From a virus (lineage: Duplodnaviria; Caudoviricetes): 53,923 nt of DNA. The notes under the pieces were generated by a model that saw nothing but the letters and a program-made list of their open reading frames with translations, searched no databases and was not told the DNA's origin. Both the position numbers and the translations under genes were made by a program. The stretch lies in the IMG/VR virus record IMGVR_UViG_3300041809_000086, positions 1 through 53,923 of that record; one strand, written 5' to 3'. Shown in pieces: positions 27,913 through 38,505 of the stretch; the first letter of the stretch is position 1; each line of letters starts with the position of its first letter.

Positions 27913-28205
27913 GACAAGACCCGAAAGACCGCCGCAAGGAAATTCTAGCCACCGCGCTGCGCATGTCAGTCAATTACGGCTACCAGCGCGTGACCCGCGC
28001 CGACATCGCGGGTGCCGCGAAGTGTTCCGAAGCGCTGGTCAGCCACTATTTCACGACTATGACGCAAATGCGCCGGGCGATCATGCGGGAAGCGATCCTG
28101 CGTCAAAGTTTGCCGATACTGGCGCAAGGGCTGGCAATGGGCGATCCGCAAGCGCAAAAAGCCCCGGCCGCACTTCGTCAACTTGCCGCTGAGACGCTGC
28201 GATGA
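27909..28205 (+). CDS. TetR-like HTH regulator
   Basis: RRKEILATAL...GY..VTRADIA..A.CSEALVSHYF. Confidence 0.75.
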   Translation: MRQDPKDRRKEILATALRMSVNYGYQRVTRADIAGAAKCSEALVSHYFTTMTQMRRAIMREAILRQSLPILAQGLAMGDPQAQKAPAALRQLAAETLR

Positions 28206-29524
28206 AGCGACCCCCTTACGAACGCGGCGTCCTGTTGTTCAAGAAAGGCGAGACGGACCGCGCCGCCGAAGTCTTCCGCCATTATCCGAACCACCCGCAA
28301 GCGCTGACCTTTCTCGGGGCAATCGCCAATCAGCGGAAAGACTTCCATTCCGCCGGGCATTTCCTGAACCGCGCCTTGAAGATCGACCCGAGCAACCATA
28401 CCGCACACTTTTTCTTGGGCACGGCATTGAACGGGATGGATCGGACAGCCGAAGCGCGGGTCGCGTTCGAATGGACGCTGGCGATAAAGCCCGATCACGC
28501 CTTCGCGCTGATCCAACTCGGGCGGCACGCCGAAGCGTTGCCGATCCTCGAAGCGATGGACGCCCGCGATCCGGCGGTACGCACGGCCACGGCGATAGCA
28601 TGGCAAGGCATCAACCGATCCGACAAGGCTTTGGAATTGCTCGCGAACCCCGGCGACGATCCGGCGGCCAATTGGGCGCGGGCGATATCCCTGTTACAGT
28701 TGGGCCGGTTCGATGAAGGATGGACCGCCTTCGAATGGCGCTACCAGCATTTGAACATCGGCACAAAGGCCGCCGACGACGCCGATCGGCTTTGGCGCGG
28801 GCAGTTCGACATCGCGGGCAAGCGCGTCCTACTCTATCGCGAACAAGGATTCGGCGACGCGATCCAATTCGCCCGGTTCGCGCCGATCCTGGCCGACCGG
28901 GGCGCGACGGTCCTTATCGAACGAACCCCCGGACTCGACATTCTCGGAACTCTGCGCGGCGTGACGATGGTCGAAACGCCCCAGCCGTCGGACATCGATT
29001 GTCATTGTCCCTTCCCCGGCCTGCCAAACGCGCTTAGGATCGGCGCGGCTGTCGGGATGGACCGACCATACCTGTCGGCCGATCCGGAGCGTGTAGCGAA
29101 CTGGGCGCGTCGTCTAGGGGCACGAATGCGGCCCCGGGTTGGGCTGGCATGGTCAGGGAACCCCCGGCATCAGAACGATACGAACCGGTCGATGACGCGG
29201 GAAATGTTCAATATACTTGACACTTTTGCGGACGTGTACCCGGTCCAACCTACGGATGACTGGCCGCTTGACGGGTTCGATGACACGGCGGCCCTGATGA
29301 TGAATCTTGACATGATCGTGTCCGTGGACTCGGCGCCCGCCCATCTGGCCGGGGCGCTCGGGTTGCCGCTCATCATCATGTTGCCTTGGGCGCCGGATTG
29401 GCGCTGGCAACTGGACCGGGATGATACGCCGTGGTATCCGACCGCCGTTTTGCTTCGTCAAGAACGGCCGGGAGATTGGAATGGCGTAGTGGCGCGAATT
29501 TTAGCAACTGTTCAACGGCTGTAA
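28202..29524 (+). CDS. TPR-repeat glycosyltransferase (GT9-like)
   Basis: TPR helices, G.F.EGW..FEWR, EQGFGDAIQFARF, VGLAWSGNP.H.ND..RS, DTAAL...D...SVDSAPAHLAGALG and DWRW...TPWYP. Confidence 0.85.
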   Translation: MKRPPYERGVLLFKKGETDRAAEVFRHYPNHPQALTFLGAIANQRKDFHSAGHFLNRALKIDPSNHTAHFFLGTALNGMDRTAEARVAFEWTLAIKPDHAFALIQLGRHAEALPILEAMDARDPAVRTATAIAWQGINRSDKALELLANPGDDPAANWARAISLLQLGRFDEGWTAFEWRYQHLNIGTKAADDADRLWRGQFDIAGKRVLLYREQGFGDAIQFARFAPILADRGATVLIERTPGLDILGTLRGVTMVETPQPSDIDCHCPFPGLPNALRIGAAVGMDRPYLSADPERVANWARRLGARMRPRVGLAWSGNPRHQNDTNRSMTREMFNILDTFADVYPVQPTDDWPLDGFDDTAALMMNLDMIVSVDSAPAHLAGALGLPLIIMLPWAPDWRWQLDRDDTPWYPTAVLLRQERPGDWNGVVARILATVQRL

Positions 29525-29778
29525 TTGCCCCGGCCGTGTCGGGTCATTATCGGCTTGTCGCCGGTATTGCCCGACGGACCGCAGCCGCCTTCGGGGGACA
29601 TATGCGTCTGCGGGCTGTCCTTCGTTTCCGAATGGATCATGGTGGACGCCGAGCGCTCGAGCGCTCGCTTGTTGCCGCCCGCCGGGGGCGTTGCGCCGGA
29701 ACCCGATGGCATTTTGGATGGGTACGACTTTTCGGCCACGACCTTCGTCGCTTCGCCCTTGTCTTTCTTCAACGCCAT
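29512..29778 (-). CDS. Hypothetical hydrophilic protein
   Basis: RBS agggga; low complexity. Confidence 0.45.
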   Translation of the reverse strand: MALKKDKGEATKVVAEKSYPSKMPSGSGATPPAGGNKRALERSASTMIHSETKDSPQTHMSPEGGCGPSGNTGDKPIMTRHGRGNYSR

Positions 29779-29862
29779 GATGGTCCCCTTGAATTGGAAG
29801 CGCGGGCGGCGGTTTAGCCTTTGATCGTTGGCCGTCAGGCCATGCGGAACCCGCGCAGGAGC

Positions 29863-30132
29863 CTATTCTACCACCTTTAGCTTGAACACGCTCCGCTCGG
29901 AACGGAGGGACATGCGGCGGCCGACGACGCCGGCCGCATCATCCGGGTCCGGAAAGAATTGGACGCACGGCCAGCTACACTTCCCGGCGGCCATCATCCG
30001 GGCCTTAAATTCGGGCGTGCAATCGATGCAGGCGAAGTCGAGGACGCCGGGCCGCTCAGTATGCGCGGCGCGTAGCCATTCCCGCCAATCTTCGACCGGA
30101 AAGCAATCCGGTCGCGCCCTTGGATCACGCAT
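29863..30132 (-). CDS. Cys-containing hypothetical phage protein
   Basis: PDCF...W, CIDCTPEFK..M...GKC. Confidence 0.55.
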   Translation of the reverse strand: MRDPRARPDCFPVEDWREWLRAAHTERPGVLDFACIDCTPEFKARMMAAGKCSWPCVQFFPDPDDAAGVVGRRMSLRSERSVFKLKVVE

Positions 30133-31717
30133 GCCATTCCCCGTCAATGATAAGGATGATTTGTCGCTTGCCGTCGGCGTTGACCGCGACGTGAGCATTC
30201 AACCATGATGAAGCGCCATGATTGTATTCGAGACGCAGGCGCGTCGATGTCCCGGCCTGATAGCAACCCTCGTTGATGCCGGGACTATGGCCGTGGCCGA
30301 TTACGGACTTGATGCCGATCCGGCGCAGATTCTTGATGCTGCCCCGCGCCCCGTTCGGACCCCGGTCGCCGTGACCGCTCAACTCGATCCCGCCCAATAC
30401 AAACGAATCATCGGTATCCAAAGCCCGTACATTATCCCATCCATCCTGCCGATTGATGCGCAGCGCGAACGGATTCGGATATTCGGTGCCCCCTGGACCC
30501 ATACGAGTCCGCTTGACCATTTCGAGCGCAGTTTCCAGATAGAATTCTGCGTTCGTCGGATCGGTGCGCCAGTCGTTCGTAGCAATCCAGCGGCGCAGGA
30601 AGTCATCATGGTTCGACGATACGATGACGGATTGCGTGTCGTCTCGGGTCATGTTCTTGACAAAGCACATAGCCTCGACGACTTCCGCTTCGACATCATC
30701 GGCGTCCGCGTTGCGCTTGGCGATCTTGTGAAACGGGTTCGCGCCGTGGTGCGGATTACAGGAATGCCCGTCGAGCACGTCATGCCAGATCAGATGCGTC
30801 GGGCGGATCGTTTCGATGATCCCGCCAAGCCCGAAGGTCGCCTGTACGACATCCGGGTCAACGAATCGAACATGCGTGTCGCCCATGACCAGCGCGAGCG
30901 CGCGCGGGGCCTTGATAGACTCGCCGGTCGGCCGATATTCCCGGTCCAAGTCAATGCAGGAATCACCATTGAAATGAAGCTGCCGAATGTGGAATTTCGA
31001 CCCGTCCAGTTCCACCATGATCGCGGAAAGGGAATGGTGAAAGGCGGCGATATGGCCGACCCGACTATCCGTGTAGTTCGGGATCGTACACGCGCCCGTC
31101 GTCGTCAAAATCTTAGCCATAGCGTTCGATGGCGCGGCGATAGAGCGCATTTCCAGTTTCGTATGCCCTAGGATAGCGGAAGACGCTCCGGCGATCGCGT
31201 CGGCCCCGCTGGTCGGGGCGCTGGCCGTCGGTTGAATCTTGATGTCGGCCAGCAGCGTCAAATTCTTGTTCAGTGCTCGACGCTGATTGAAAAGGAACGG
31301 CCGAACTTCATCGACCCAAAATTCCTCGTTGCTCTGGCTCCCGGTCCATTCTGATGTCGGGTTTTTGTACCGCATCGGGATAACCAGCAGTTCGGCTTCT
31401 TTCTCGCCCGCCATGTTGCGCAGGATCGACCACCATACCGGATCGACCGGCGTCGCGTTTAAGGCCGACGTGATAATGAAGCGTTTGGCTTGGCTGATGT
31501 CGCGATCGTATACGGTCGAAGTAGGTCCGACCGTTCGCATTGGATCGACCGGAACAGGAACATCGGCCGTCAATTGGCGCGCGTTCGCCATCATGCGCCG
31601 GGACTTGAACGTCTCGCGCGGGATGCCAAGATGTCGCGCCCCGCCCGACTCGCCGAATTCGTTGTAAGCGGCGAGAATCTTGCGCAGTTCGTCATCTGAT
31701 GGGCGTTTGACAGGCAT
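30125..31717 (-). CDS. Calcineurin-like metallophosphoesterase with N-terminal HTH
   Basis: GDTH, HDVLDG, SNHD, HGD and GHGHSP motifs; N-terminal ARHLGIPRETF. Confidence 0.75.
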   Translation of the reverse strand: MPVKRPSDDELRKILAAYNEFGESGGARHLGIPRETFKSRRMMANARQLTADVPVPVDPMRTVGPTSTVYDRDISQAKRFIITSALNATPVDPVWWSILRNMAGEKEAELLVIPMRYKNPTSEWTGSQSNEEFWVDEVRPFLFNQRRALNKNLTLLADIKIQPTASAPTSGADAIAGASSAILGHTKLEMRSIAAPSNAMAKILTTTGACTIPNYTDSRVGHIAAFHHSLSAIMVELDGSKFHIRQLHFNGDSCIDLDREYRPTGESIKAPRALALVMGDTHVRFVDPDVVQATFGLGGIIETIRPTHLIWHDVLDGHSCNPHHGANPFHKIAKRNADADDVEAEVVEAMCFVKNMTRDDTQSVIVSSNHDDFLRRWIATNDWRTDPTNAEFYLETALEMVKRTRMGPGGTEYPNPFALRINRQDGWDNVRALDTDDSFVLGGIELSGHGDRGPNGARGSIKNLRRIGIKSVIGHGHSPGINEGCYQAGTSTRLRLEYNHGASSWLNAHVAVNADGKRQIILIIDGEWHA

Positions 31718-31718
31718 G

Positions 31719-32117
31719 TCATTCCTTTTCGTCGATATGGGGGAAGAATTCTTTTTCCAGGGCGTTGATGACCTCATGTTCGGCCGCTTCCGTATCTACG
31801 TGGTCAATCCCCTTTTCAGCGGCGACCATTATCAGACGGCGCAGCAGAACGTGCCCGCATTCGTGGTAGGCGGTGCGCTCCAAGTTCAAGTCGGTCGGTT
31901 CCTCGGTCTTCCATTTCGACGGCAAGCGGTATGCCGCCAAGCAGGCGTCGTCGGTAAATTCGACTTCCGACATATAGGTCGTTTTCTTCGGACTGTATTC
32001 GATGCGCCAGCGCGTCAACCCTAGCTTGTGTTGCCAATGCCGCATGAAGGCTTTGAACTTCTTGCGATGCTCGGGGCCAAGAGGATAGCCCGGCGCGGGC
32101 GGCGGCGCATCAGTCAT
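31719..32117 (-). CDS. Putative zinc metallopeptidase-like protein
   Basis: WQHKLGLTRW, HECGH (HExxH) and a downstream EH. Confidence 0.55.
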   Translation of the reverse strand: MTDAPPPAPGYPLGPEHRKKFKAFMRHWQHKLGLTRWRIEYSPKKTTYMSEVEFTDDACLAAYRLPSKWKTEEPTDLNLERTAYHECGHVLLRRLIMVAAEKGIDHVDTEAAEHEVINALEKEFFPHIDEKE

Positions 32118-32119
32118 GA

Positions 32120-32347
32120 TTACCCCTTTGTCAGCGCGGCATGTAATCGCGCATTGAACCAGCGGCGCAATACGAATCCGCGCACAATCGACACGACCAT
32201 GAAGACGCAGCCGATCAGCAAGTTCTGGCCGATGGTGAATTTTGCGCCAAAAATCGGATACAGCACAAGCTGAACGCCGAGATTGATAACATATCCGATC
32301 AGCGTTTGCGCGGCCGCTTCGACAAACGATCCTAGTCTAGTTTGCAT
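32120..32347 (-). CDS. Small two-TM phage membrane protein
   Basis: MQTRLGSFVEA...IGY...SIVRGFVLRRWFN. Confidence 0.65.
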   Translation of the reverse strand: MQTRLGSFVEAAAQTLIGYVINLGVQLVLYPIFGAKFTIGQNLLIGCVFMVVSIVRGFVLRRWFNARLHAALTKG

Positions 32348-34032
32348 CTTCGATTTCCTTTCGCGCGGCGGCCAGCGCCGCTTGAAGTTCCCAGACCGTC
32401 TCGCCGTTCGGCCCGACAATGAACTGCCGCCAAAGATAATTGATCGCATTGTTCGTGTAGCCCAATTGCGGCTTGTACTGCGTCGGCTGACGCTCGGGGC
32501 GCGGCTGCGCGGCCGCCCGACGCTGTTCGTATGTCCCGCGCTTCTTAGCTTCGCCCATATCAATCCCCCATGTAGCGGACACCTGTGACCCGGCGATCGC
32601 GCTTCAAGAATTTCAGTTGACGACGGAACGACATGAAGGGCCAAAACACCGTCGAGCGCTGTTCGAAGATCGGCCGGTCTTCCTTCTTGTCAAATCCAAC
32701 TTCGACGTTGACCGTTCGGACCTTCATGCGGTCGAACCCGGCGAACGCGGCCAGCTTCGCTTCCCTGCGTAGACGCTTTGCAACGGTTCCCCTCATTTGC
32801 GGCCCCCTTCCTTCGCCCGTGCGCGCGCGGCGTTGGCCGCGATGACCTTGATCTTGCAGCGCGCCGACTTGTCTTTCTTGCGCGATCCGCGCCCGCCGCC
32901 CTTGCGTGCCGACTTGGCCGTCGGCGTGCCTTTGAAGATTGCCATCTATGTCCCCATCGCGAATGCGACGTTCGCCGCCGCGTAGCTGAAGAACGCAGCC
33001 GCCATCGGCGCGTTGCCTTCGATCACGAATTCCATCGCCTGCCAAACGTACAGCACGGCCGCGATGACCAGCGGCGCACGCTTCATACCGGAATGCCAAA
33101 CAGCAACACACGGCCGGTCGCGTCATCGTCGTACCTCGCGGCAATCGCCAGCTTCGCGAATTCAATGTGATACGCGATGATTTCTTCACCGAAGTCTTCC
33201 ATTTCTTCGCGGGACTCGACCGGCCCGGCTTGCGGTTTGATCGTAGTGGCGGCTTGATGCATCATGTCGAGGATGCGCTTGCGCTGTTCGCTGGTAATCA
33301 TGGCGTTTTCCCTTTCAATGTTCGTTGACCCGTCAAATACTTCATTCCTGCAACTTGTCGCGCTACGTCGGCGATCATCGCGCCTTGCAGATGGCCGGGG
33401 TCGATCACTTCGAGCGTGGCGCCCAACATCAGCGCCCATAGCGGAGCATGAACTATCCCGCCCTGGAAGTCAAGAAGTGTTTTTGCCGTTCTGCTGCTGA
33501 TCGTGGTGCAGGGTTCCGGGCCGCCCCAAACGCCCCATGCGACATCGCACGCGGTAATGAACCGGCGCAAAACGCCGTGATTCGTGTTCGCCGCAAGTTC
33601 CGCGTCATTGACAAAGGTCACAAGGTACAGATGCGGAATGCGCGCCGCCAGCGTATCACGAATTGCCATGTTGATCCCCCGTTGGAAGGGGATCATTATA
33701 CTTGCGCGCGAACAAGATCGCTTTGACGAATTTGGCTTCATCGACCAGCCATTCGCCGTTATGATGAAAGCCGACCGCCTTCGCGATCTGTAGCGGGGTC
33801 ACAGATCACCCGTTTCGTACATGGCCGCAGCCAAACACAGCGCCGTCGCGCGCCAAGCGTAGATCGGCCCGGCATCGAGCGCGACATAGATCAGATCGGG
33901 TCGGAAGATTTCGCCGAAGTCGCCGCGATACCGTGAAGGTATGTCAGCGGCCGCCATCGCGGTCCAGCACAGATCCACGACCCTGCGCTCGACGGCGGCC
34001 GCAGCCATGCGGAACTTGTCATCGATGGTCAT
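32337..34032 (-). CDS. Run of small hypothetical ORFs (32337-32558 MGEAKKRG, 32560-32796, 33083-33301, 33298-33669, 33799-34032 and others)
   Basis: Tightly packed leftward ORFs with RBS-like sequences and start/stop overlaps. Confidence 0.5.
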
Positions 34033-34132
34033 CACACCCCCGACAGCATGTCGATACCGGACAGCAACAGCCAAAGGATGCCGTACACGCAAGCGACGGC
34101 AATCAAGATGCCGAACAGCAATTCGTTGATTT

Positions 34133-34765
34133 TCATCGTATAGCTCCTATGACGCCGTCGCCGTCTTCAGGTGGTGGCAACATGAAGGCCGGTACCGCTC
34201 GAGGGCGATCAAACTGTTCCATGAACGAAGACGCTTGCGCAATCGGCGATATTGATCCCGGACCATTTTTGATATCTTCCGGCTGCGGGAAAATGATTTC
34301 GAGCAACGGGCCGGGAGGTATATGCGCGAGAATTTCGGTGTCGAGCGCGTCGGCGTTAGCCTGCGCGGCCATATCAGTCGCGATCCGCTGGTACACTTCA
34401 TCGCAAGTCATCATGAGATTGCTTGACGGCGCTTGTGGCAGACGCGACCCGCGCGACAGCGGAGCGCCCCGCGCTTCAAGCGCTTCTTGCAACTGCGCAA
34501 GCGCGCGCCATGCGACTTTACCTTCATGCAAGAAGCCGTCATCGTCGATCGTCCCGCGTTCGCTCTGATGGCGCTGAATGCAGTCGGCATGGTCGCTAGA
34601 CTTGCCACGCGCCCAGTGCAACGGTTGGCCGGGATTGTGTTTGTCGTTCCCGGCTTTGGATATCTGTGCAACGTAGGCCAAGGCCGCCGTAAAATAGTCG
34701 ATGCATCCCGTTTGCAACGGGATATCCTTGCGCTCGGCGGAATCAGTCGGAAGGGTTGTCGTCAT
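34133..34765 (-). CDS. dATP/dGTP diphosphohydrolase-domain protein (DUF5664-like)
   Basis: RKDIP...YF.AAL..VA..S..GN.KH...W...D...RH...D...H...AWRALA. Confidence 0.7.
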   Translation of the reverse strand: MTTTLPTDSAERKDIPLQTGCIDYFTAALAYVAQISKAGNDKHNPGQPLHWARGKSSDHADCIQRHQSERGTIDDDGFLHEGKVAWRALAQLQEALEARGAPLSRGSRLPQAPSSNLMMTCDEVYQRIATDMAAQANADALDTEILAHIPPGPLLEIIFPQPEDIKNGPGSISPIAQASSFMEQFDRPRAVPAFMLPPPEDGDGVIGAIR

Positions 34766-35309
34766 TACGGTACTCCCGGATAAGGCGGTCAAGTCGGCCG
34801 ATGGTTGCGTCCTGGCATAGCATTGGGGCAATTTCCTTGATGTCAGCGATCGGCAGATTCCACCATTGTAGGCGCAACAGCCGCTCGATGATGGCGTCGT
34901 CGAAGCGACGGGCGATTTCTTTGGCCGGGTTGCCGCCGACGATCACGTACGGCCCGACGGACTTGACGACATGCGCGTTCGCGGCCAGCACCGCACCATC
35001 GCCGATCGTCACGCCCGACATGATGGTCACATTCTGGCCGATCCATACGTCATTTCCGATCGTCACGTCGCCCGCCGTCACTTGGACGCCCTGAATGTCG
35101 AACGGACCTAATTCGCCGTCGTCTGTGAAGACCTTCCCGAATGGATAGGTCGTCATCCAATCCGTGCGATGGTTGCCGCCGAGAAAGATGTTCAATTGCC
35201 CGGCGATCGAGCAGAACTTGCCGACCGTCAATTGCGTGTTGTCGTCGGGCCATCGATGAATGCGCAGGCCCGGCCCGCAGTAGGTAAACGCGCCAACTAT
35301 GTCGCCCAT
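34743..35309 (-). CDS. Hexapeptide O-acetyltransferase (CatB/Vat-like)
   Basis: VGKFCSIA, GGNHRTDW.TTYPF, IGNDVWIG, GVTIGDGAV, VGGNPAK.I..RF and L.WWN motifs. Confidence 0.88.
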   Translation of the reverse strand: MGDIVGAFTYCGPGLRIHRWPDDNTQLTVGKFCSIAGQLNIFLGGNHRTDWMTTYPFGKVFTDDGELGPFDIQGVQVTAGDVTIGNDVWIGQNVTIMSGVTIGDGAVLAANAHVVKSVGPYVIVGGNPAKEIARRFDDAIIERLLRLQWWNLPIADIKEIAPMLCQDATIGRLDRLIREYRNDDNPSD

Positions 35310-36045
35310 TATTGTCCCCATCCGATCATGAAAAGGTAATAGACTGCACGCGATGCCGCGCCCGCTGCGACGATAAGAAGCGGCGCCACGACGAAGATGA
35401 ACGCGGTAATGCCCGCACCAATGGCCACACTCGACAGCCATGCGGGCCAATGGGCGCGGGGAGGGGCTTCCGTGCGAATGAAACTCTGCTGCATATCAGG
35501 ACGCGCTTGCGACGAATAGAATTTCGCCATCGCATTATCCATGCGTGCAAGCTGCGCCAATGGCGAGAAGTCGGGTTCAGACATGACATCCCCTATTCGC
35601 AACGGCGTCGGCCAGTCGCGCGACTTCGCGGGCCAATATCAGCGTCGCAAGCGTTTGCGGGACAGCCCAAGGCGTCGTGCCCTGGACCGTTTCGATTTCA
35701 GCGATCGCCCGTTCTATATACGAATCCATGCGCTTACAGTCGAGTTTCGTCTTCGGGATGATCGAGCGCGCCTCCGGCTCGAAGCGACTGATAAGCGGCG
35801 AACGCTTTGTCAAAGATCGCTTCGAAGTCGTCCTGCTCGGACATGGCAACAGTCAGCTCGGCGATAGCGTCATCGACTTCTTGTTCAATCGATCGGATGT
35901 AGGCTCGGGAGTTGGCGACGTTGATCCCGGCGCGGACCATTGCGACGTGCGCCGCTTCGATAGCATCGACCGCGTCATTTTCTTCGGCGACCAGTGTCGC
36001 GGGATATTCGGGTTCGGCATGGCAGGGGCAAGTCTGATCGGTCAT
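35309..36045 (-). CDS. Three small hypothetical ORFs (35309-35584, 35577-35729, 35734-36045)
   Basis: First genes of the leftward operon; RBS ggag before 36045. Confidence 0.5.
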
Positions 36046-36081
36046 GCTCGTTCTCCGGTTCGTTTACGTGAAAGCTCCCGG

Positions 36082-36140
36082 AGCGTAATCCGAACCCGGC
36101 CGGGCTGTCAAGCCCCCGGTTCCCGCATTTGTGGTATGAT
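36082..36140. promoter_or_regulatory. Divergent promoters at the second strand switch
   Basis: Minus strand: TTGACA(36111)-18 bp-TACGCT with a cccggccggg dyad in the spacer. Plus strand: TGgTATGAT at 36132-36140. Confidence 0.6.
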
Positions 36141-36163
36141 GCGCCTGTCAGGGGAGCAAAACC

Positions 36164-36346
36164 ATGCCGCTTATCCATTCGACCAGCAAGAAGGCCATCG
36201 GGGAAAATATCGCGATCGAGAAGCACGCGCACCCCGACATGCCCATCAAGCAGGCCGAAGCGATCGCGTTCAGCGAACAGCGTCAGGCCGAATCTCACGG
36301 TAAGAAGAAAGCAGAATCTCACATTCACCGCGCGACGCGCAAGTAA
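36164..36346 (+). CDS. Small conserved-looking phage protein
   Basis: MPL...SKKAI.ENI..E...KQA.AIA.S pattern; RBS ggag. Confidence 0.6.
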   Translation: MPLIHSTSKKAIGENIAIEKHAHPDMPIKQAEAIAFSEQRQAESHGKKKAESHIHRATRK

Positions 36347-36355
36347 GGAACGACT

Positions 36356-36769
36356 ATGGCTTCCAAAATGTCACAATCCGGCACCGACTACGGCACGCGC
36401 GGCGAAACCGGCGAACGTGCACCCAAGGGCGCGGCTGCGGCCGACAAATCCAGCACCGGACGCGGATCGAGCGGTCCGAAGATGGCCGGTTCAACCGGAT
36501 CGTCCATGCGTCAAGCTGGCACCGACTACGGCACAAAAGGCGAGACGGGCGAAAAGACCCCCGGCGACGCGAAGGCGTCGGACGGCGGCGGCGAGCGTCG
36601 CGCCAGCATGGCGGGCGGCGTTGGAATGGGCCAAGCCGACGCGATCGTCGGTCGCGATGCCAGCCATCTGGGCAAGCAAGACGGCCGTCAAGGCGAACTG
36701 AAGGAAGGCCGCCATTCGGAAGGCCATTTTTACAAGCACGGCAAAGACGACTACAAACCGAAGGCTTGA
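36356..36769 (+). CDS. Gly/Lys-rich hydrophilic protein with an internal repeat
   Basis: Q.GTDYGT.GETGE occurs twice. Confidence 0.6.
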   Translation: MASKMSQSGTDYGTRGETGERAPKGAAAADKSSTGRGSSGPKMAGSTGSSMRQAGTDYGTKGETGEKTPGDAKASDGGGERRASMAGGVGMGQADAIVGRDASHLGKQDGRQGELKEGRHSEGHFYKHGKDDYKPKA

Positions 36770-36794
36770 CAAGACCCGCTGAAGCGGGCATTCT
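36766..36794 (+). promoter_or_regulatory. sigma70 promoter with a dyad in the spacer
   Basis: TTGACA-agacccgctgaagcggg (17 bp)-CATTCT. Confidence 0.6.
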
Positions 36795-36840
36795 TAGGGC
36801 GACCCGATCAGACGGTCGCCCTTTTTCTTGGAGAACGCAA

Positions 36841-37140
36841 ATGCACAGCGGAAAGAAGTTCCACCCGAAGCAGACATACATTCAAGTCGAAATCATCGGA
36901 TCGGTACAAAGCGCGATCATCGACTTGTCCGCATTGAAGGAAAAGCCCTGTCGCGGGCGCATCATGGCGATCGGCCCCGGCGTCGATCCCGAAGCGGTCA
37001 AGGTCGGCGACGTGGTCAGTTTTTCCCCGCAACTGAAATACCCAAACATCGAATTCGATTGGAAGAACGCCCGTACCCGGGTGATCCAACAAGCCGACAT
37101 CGAATTCGTGATCGAGGATTTCGACGATGTTGCCGCCTAA
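36841..37140 (+). CDS. GroES/Cpn10-like co-chaperonin
   Basis: GRIMAIGPG...VKVGDVV.F...IQQADIEFVIE; RBS ggag. Confidence 0.7.
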   Translation: MHSGKKFHPKQTYIQVEIIGSVQSAIIDLSALKEKPCRGRIMAIGPGVDPEAVKVGDVVSFSPQLKYPNIEFDWKNARTRVIQQADIEFVIEDFDDVAA

Positions 37141-38505
37141 CTTCCCCGATGACACGCTGTTCCTGATGCGAGCCTGTTGGGCAGGCATTTCCTGCTACAT
37201 CCTGGCCGCGATCGCCGTCATGTTCTTCATCCCGAAGGGCAAGACTCGGGCGATCATGGCGGCGTCTATCGCGCTCGGGTTCGCCATCGCGACTGTCTTG
37301 TTGTCCGTCATGTTCATGATGTCGAGGTTATCGCAATGAAGGACTTTGCCGGGATCATCTTCGCGCTGTTGCTCGATTTCAGATGGTGGATCGCCGCTGT
37401 CCTGATTATCGCTACATTCTTCGGACTGTGCCCCCTAGCCCGCGCCGAAGAACACGACACCGACATCATCGCGACGTGGTTCGCTCATGACGATTCATGG
37501 ACGATATTCATTCAACGCGGCGCCAACGGATGCGAGAAGGGCTCGCATTACGCTTTCGCAATCGATAACGGCGAATTCAATCACGGTTGCGCGTTGTCGC
37601 TTCCGCATGATGGCTGGCGCATCGATTGGGAAGGCGGCGGGTCGTTCACGATTCCGGGCAAGGACAGTTTGAAGCCTTGGCATCCTGGCCCCGGAAACCT
37701 ACAAACACTGAAGGACATGCAACTATGAGCCATGTCAGCTTTCACGGCCCCGGCCTACCGGCCGGATACGACCCCGTTCACAAGATGGCCGCAGCCGCAT
37801 ACAGCCATACCGATCATGCGGATTGCAATCATCAACTTGACGGCCTTACTCCTGTCGCGCTCGGCGACACGTTGACGTATACGTGTCGCAATTGTTTCGC
37901 TCACGCGACATTCAAACGCTACACTAGCCCGGCCCGCTGGCCCGAACGGATCAAGCGATGATTTATCCTAATGGCGTCATCGTCGAATTCGATCTGACGG
38001 TTTGCGAAGACTTGCCGCCCGAGTTGGCCGCGTTCGCCCATTCGATGCATCTAACCGGCATGACCAGCGGTCTTCTAATGGCGGCGCAAGCGATGGCCGA
38101 GTCGATCCACGCGACGAATCACATTCGCGACGGCGACGACTTCAAGGAAGCGTTCGGCAATGCGTTTGCCCTGCGCTTCAAGAAGATCAACGAACAAATG
38201 AAAGCGAAGATGAAGCCATGAAAATCGAAAATGCACGCGCGGCGCTAGTCAAGCCCGAAGGTGTTCCATATTGCGCATACACCGAAGAAATGCGCGAACT
38301 GCGTCAGTACGTGATCGCGATCGACAATTGGCTCGTTCGTTGGGATGCTGTCATCGATGGCGTACAATACTGCTGCAAGAAGATCCCGCCCAAAGGGATG
38401 GTCTTGCCGGTCGATGATTGGATTCGCGGCGAGCGCGTAAACGCGCTTCGCGAAATGATGAACATGGCAATGGACGGCGTTCAAACGACGCTTGAAATCG
38501 TATGA
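37127..38505 (+). CDS. Five small hypothetical ORFs (37127-37339, 37336-37728, 37725-37961, 37958-38221, 38218-38505)
   Basis: ATGA-coupled chain; the first two have TM or signal segments. Confidence 0.55.

Noticed and set aside
34133-34765. Z-genome (2-aminoadenine) pathway
   Set aside because: No PurZ or DatZ homolog recognised in the window.
34743-35309. Bona fide antibiotic-resistance gene (catB/vat)
   Set aside because: The motifs are shared with sugar O-acetyltransferases, so resistance cannot be inferred from sequence alone.
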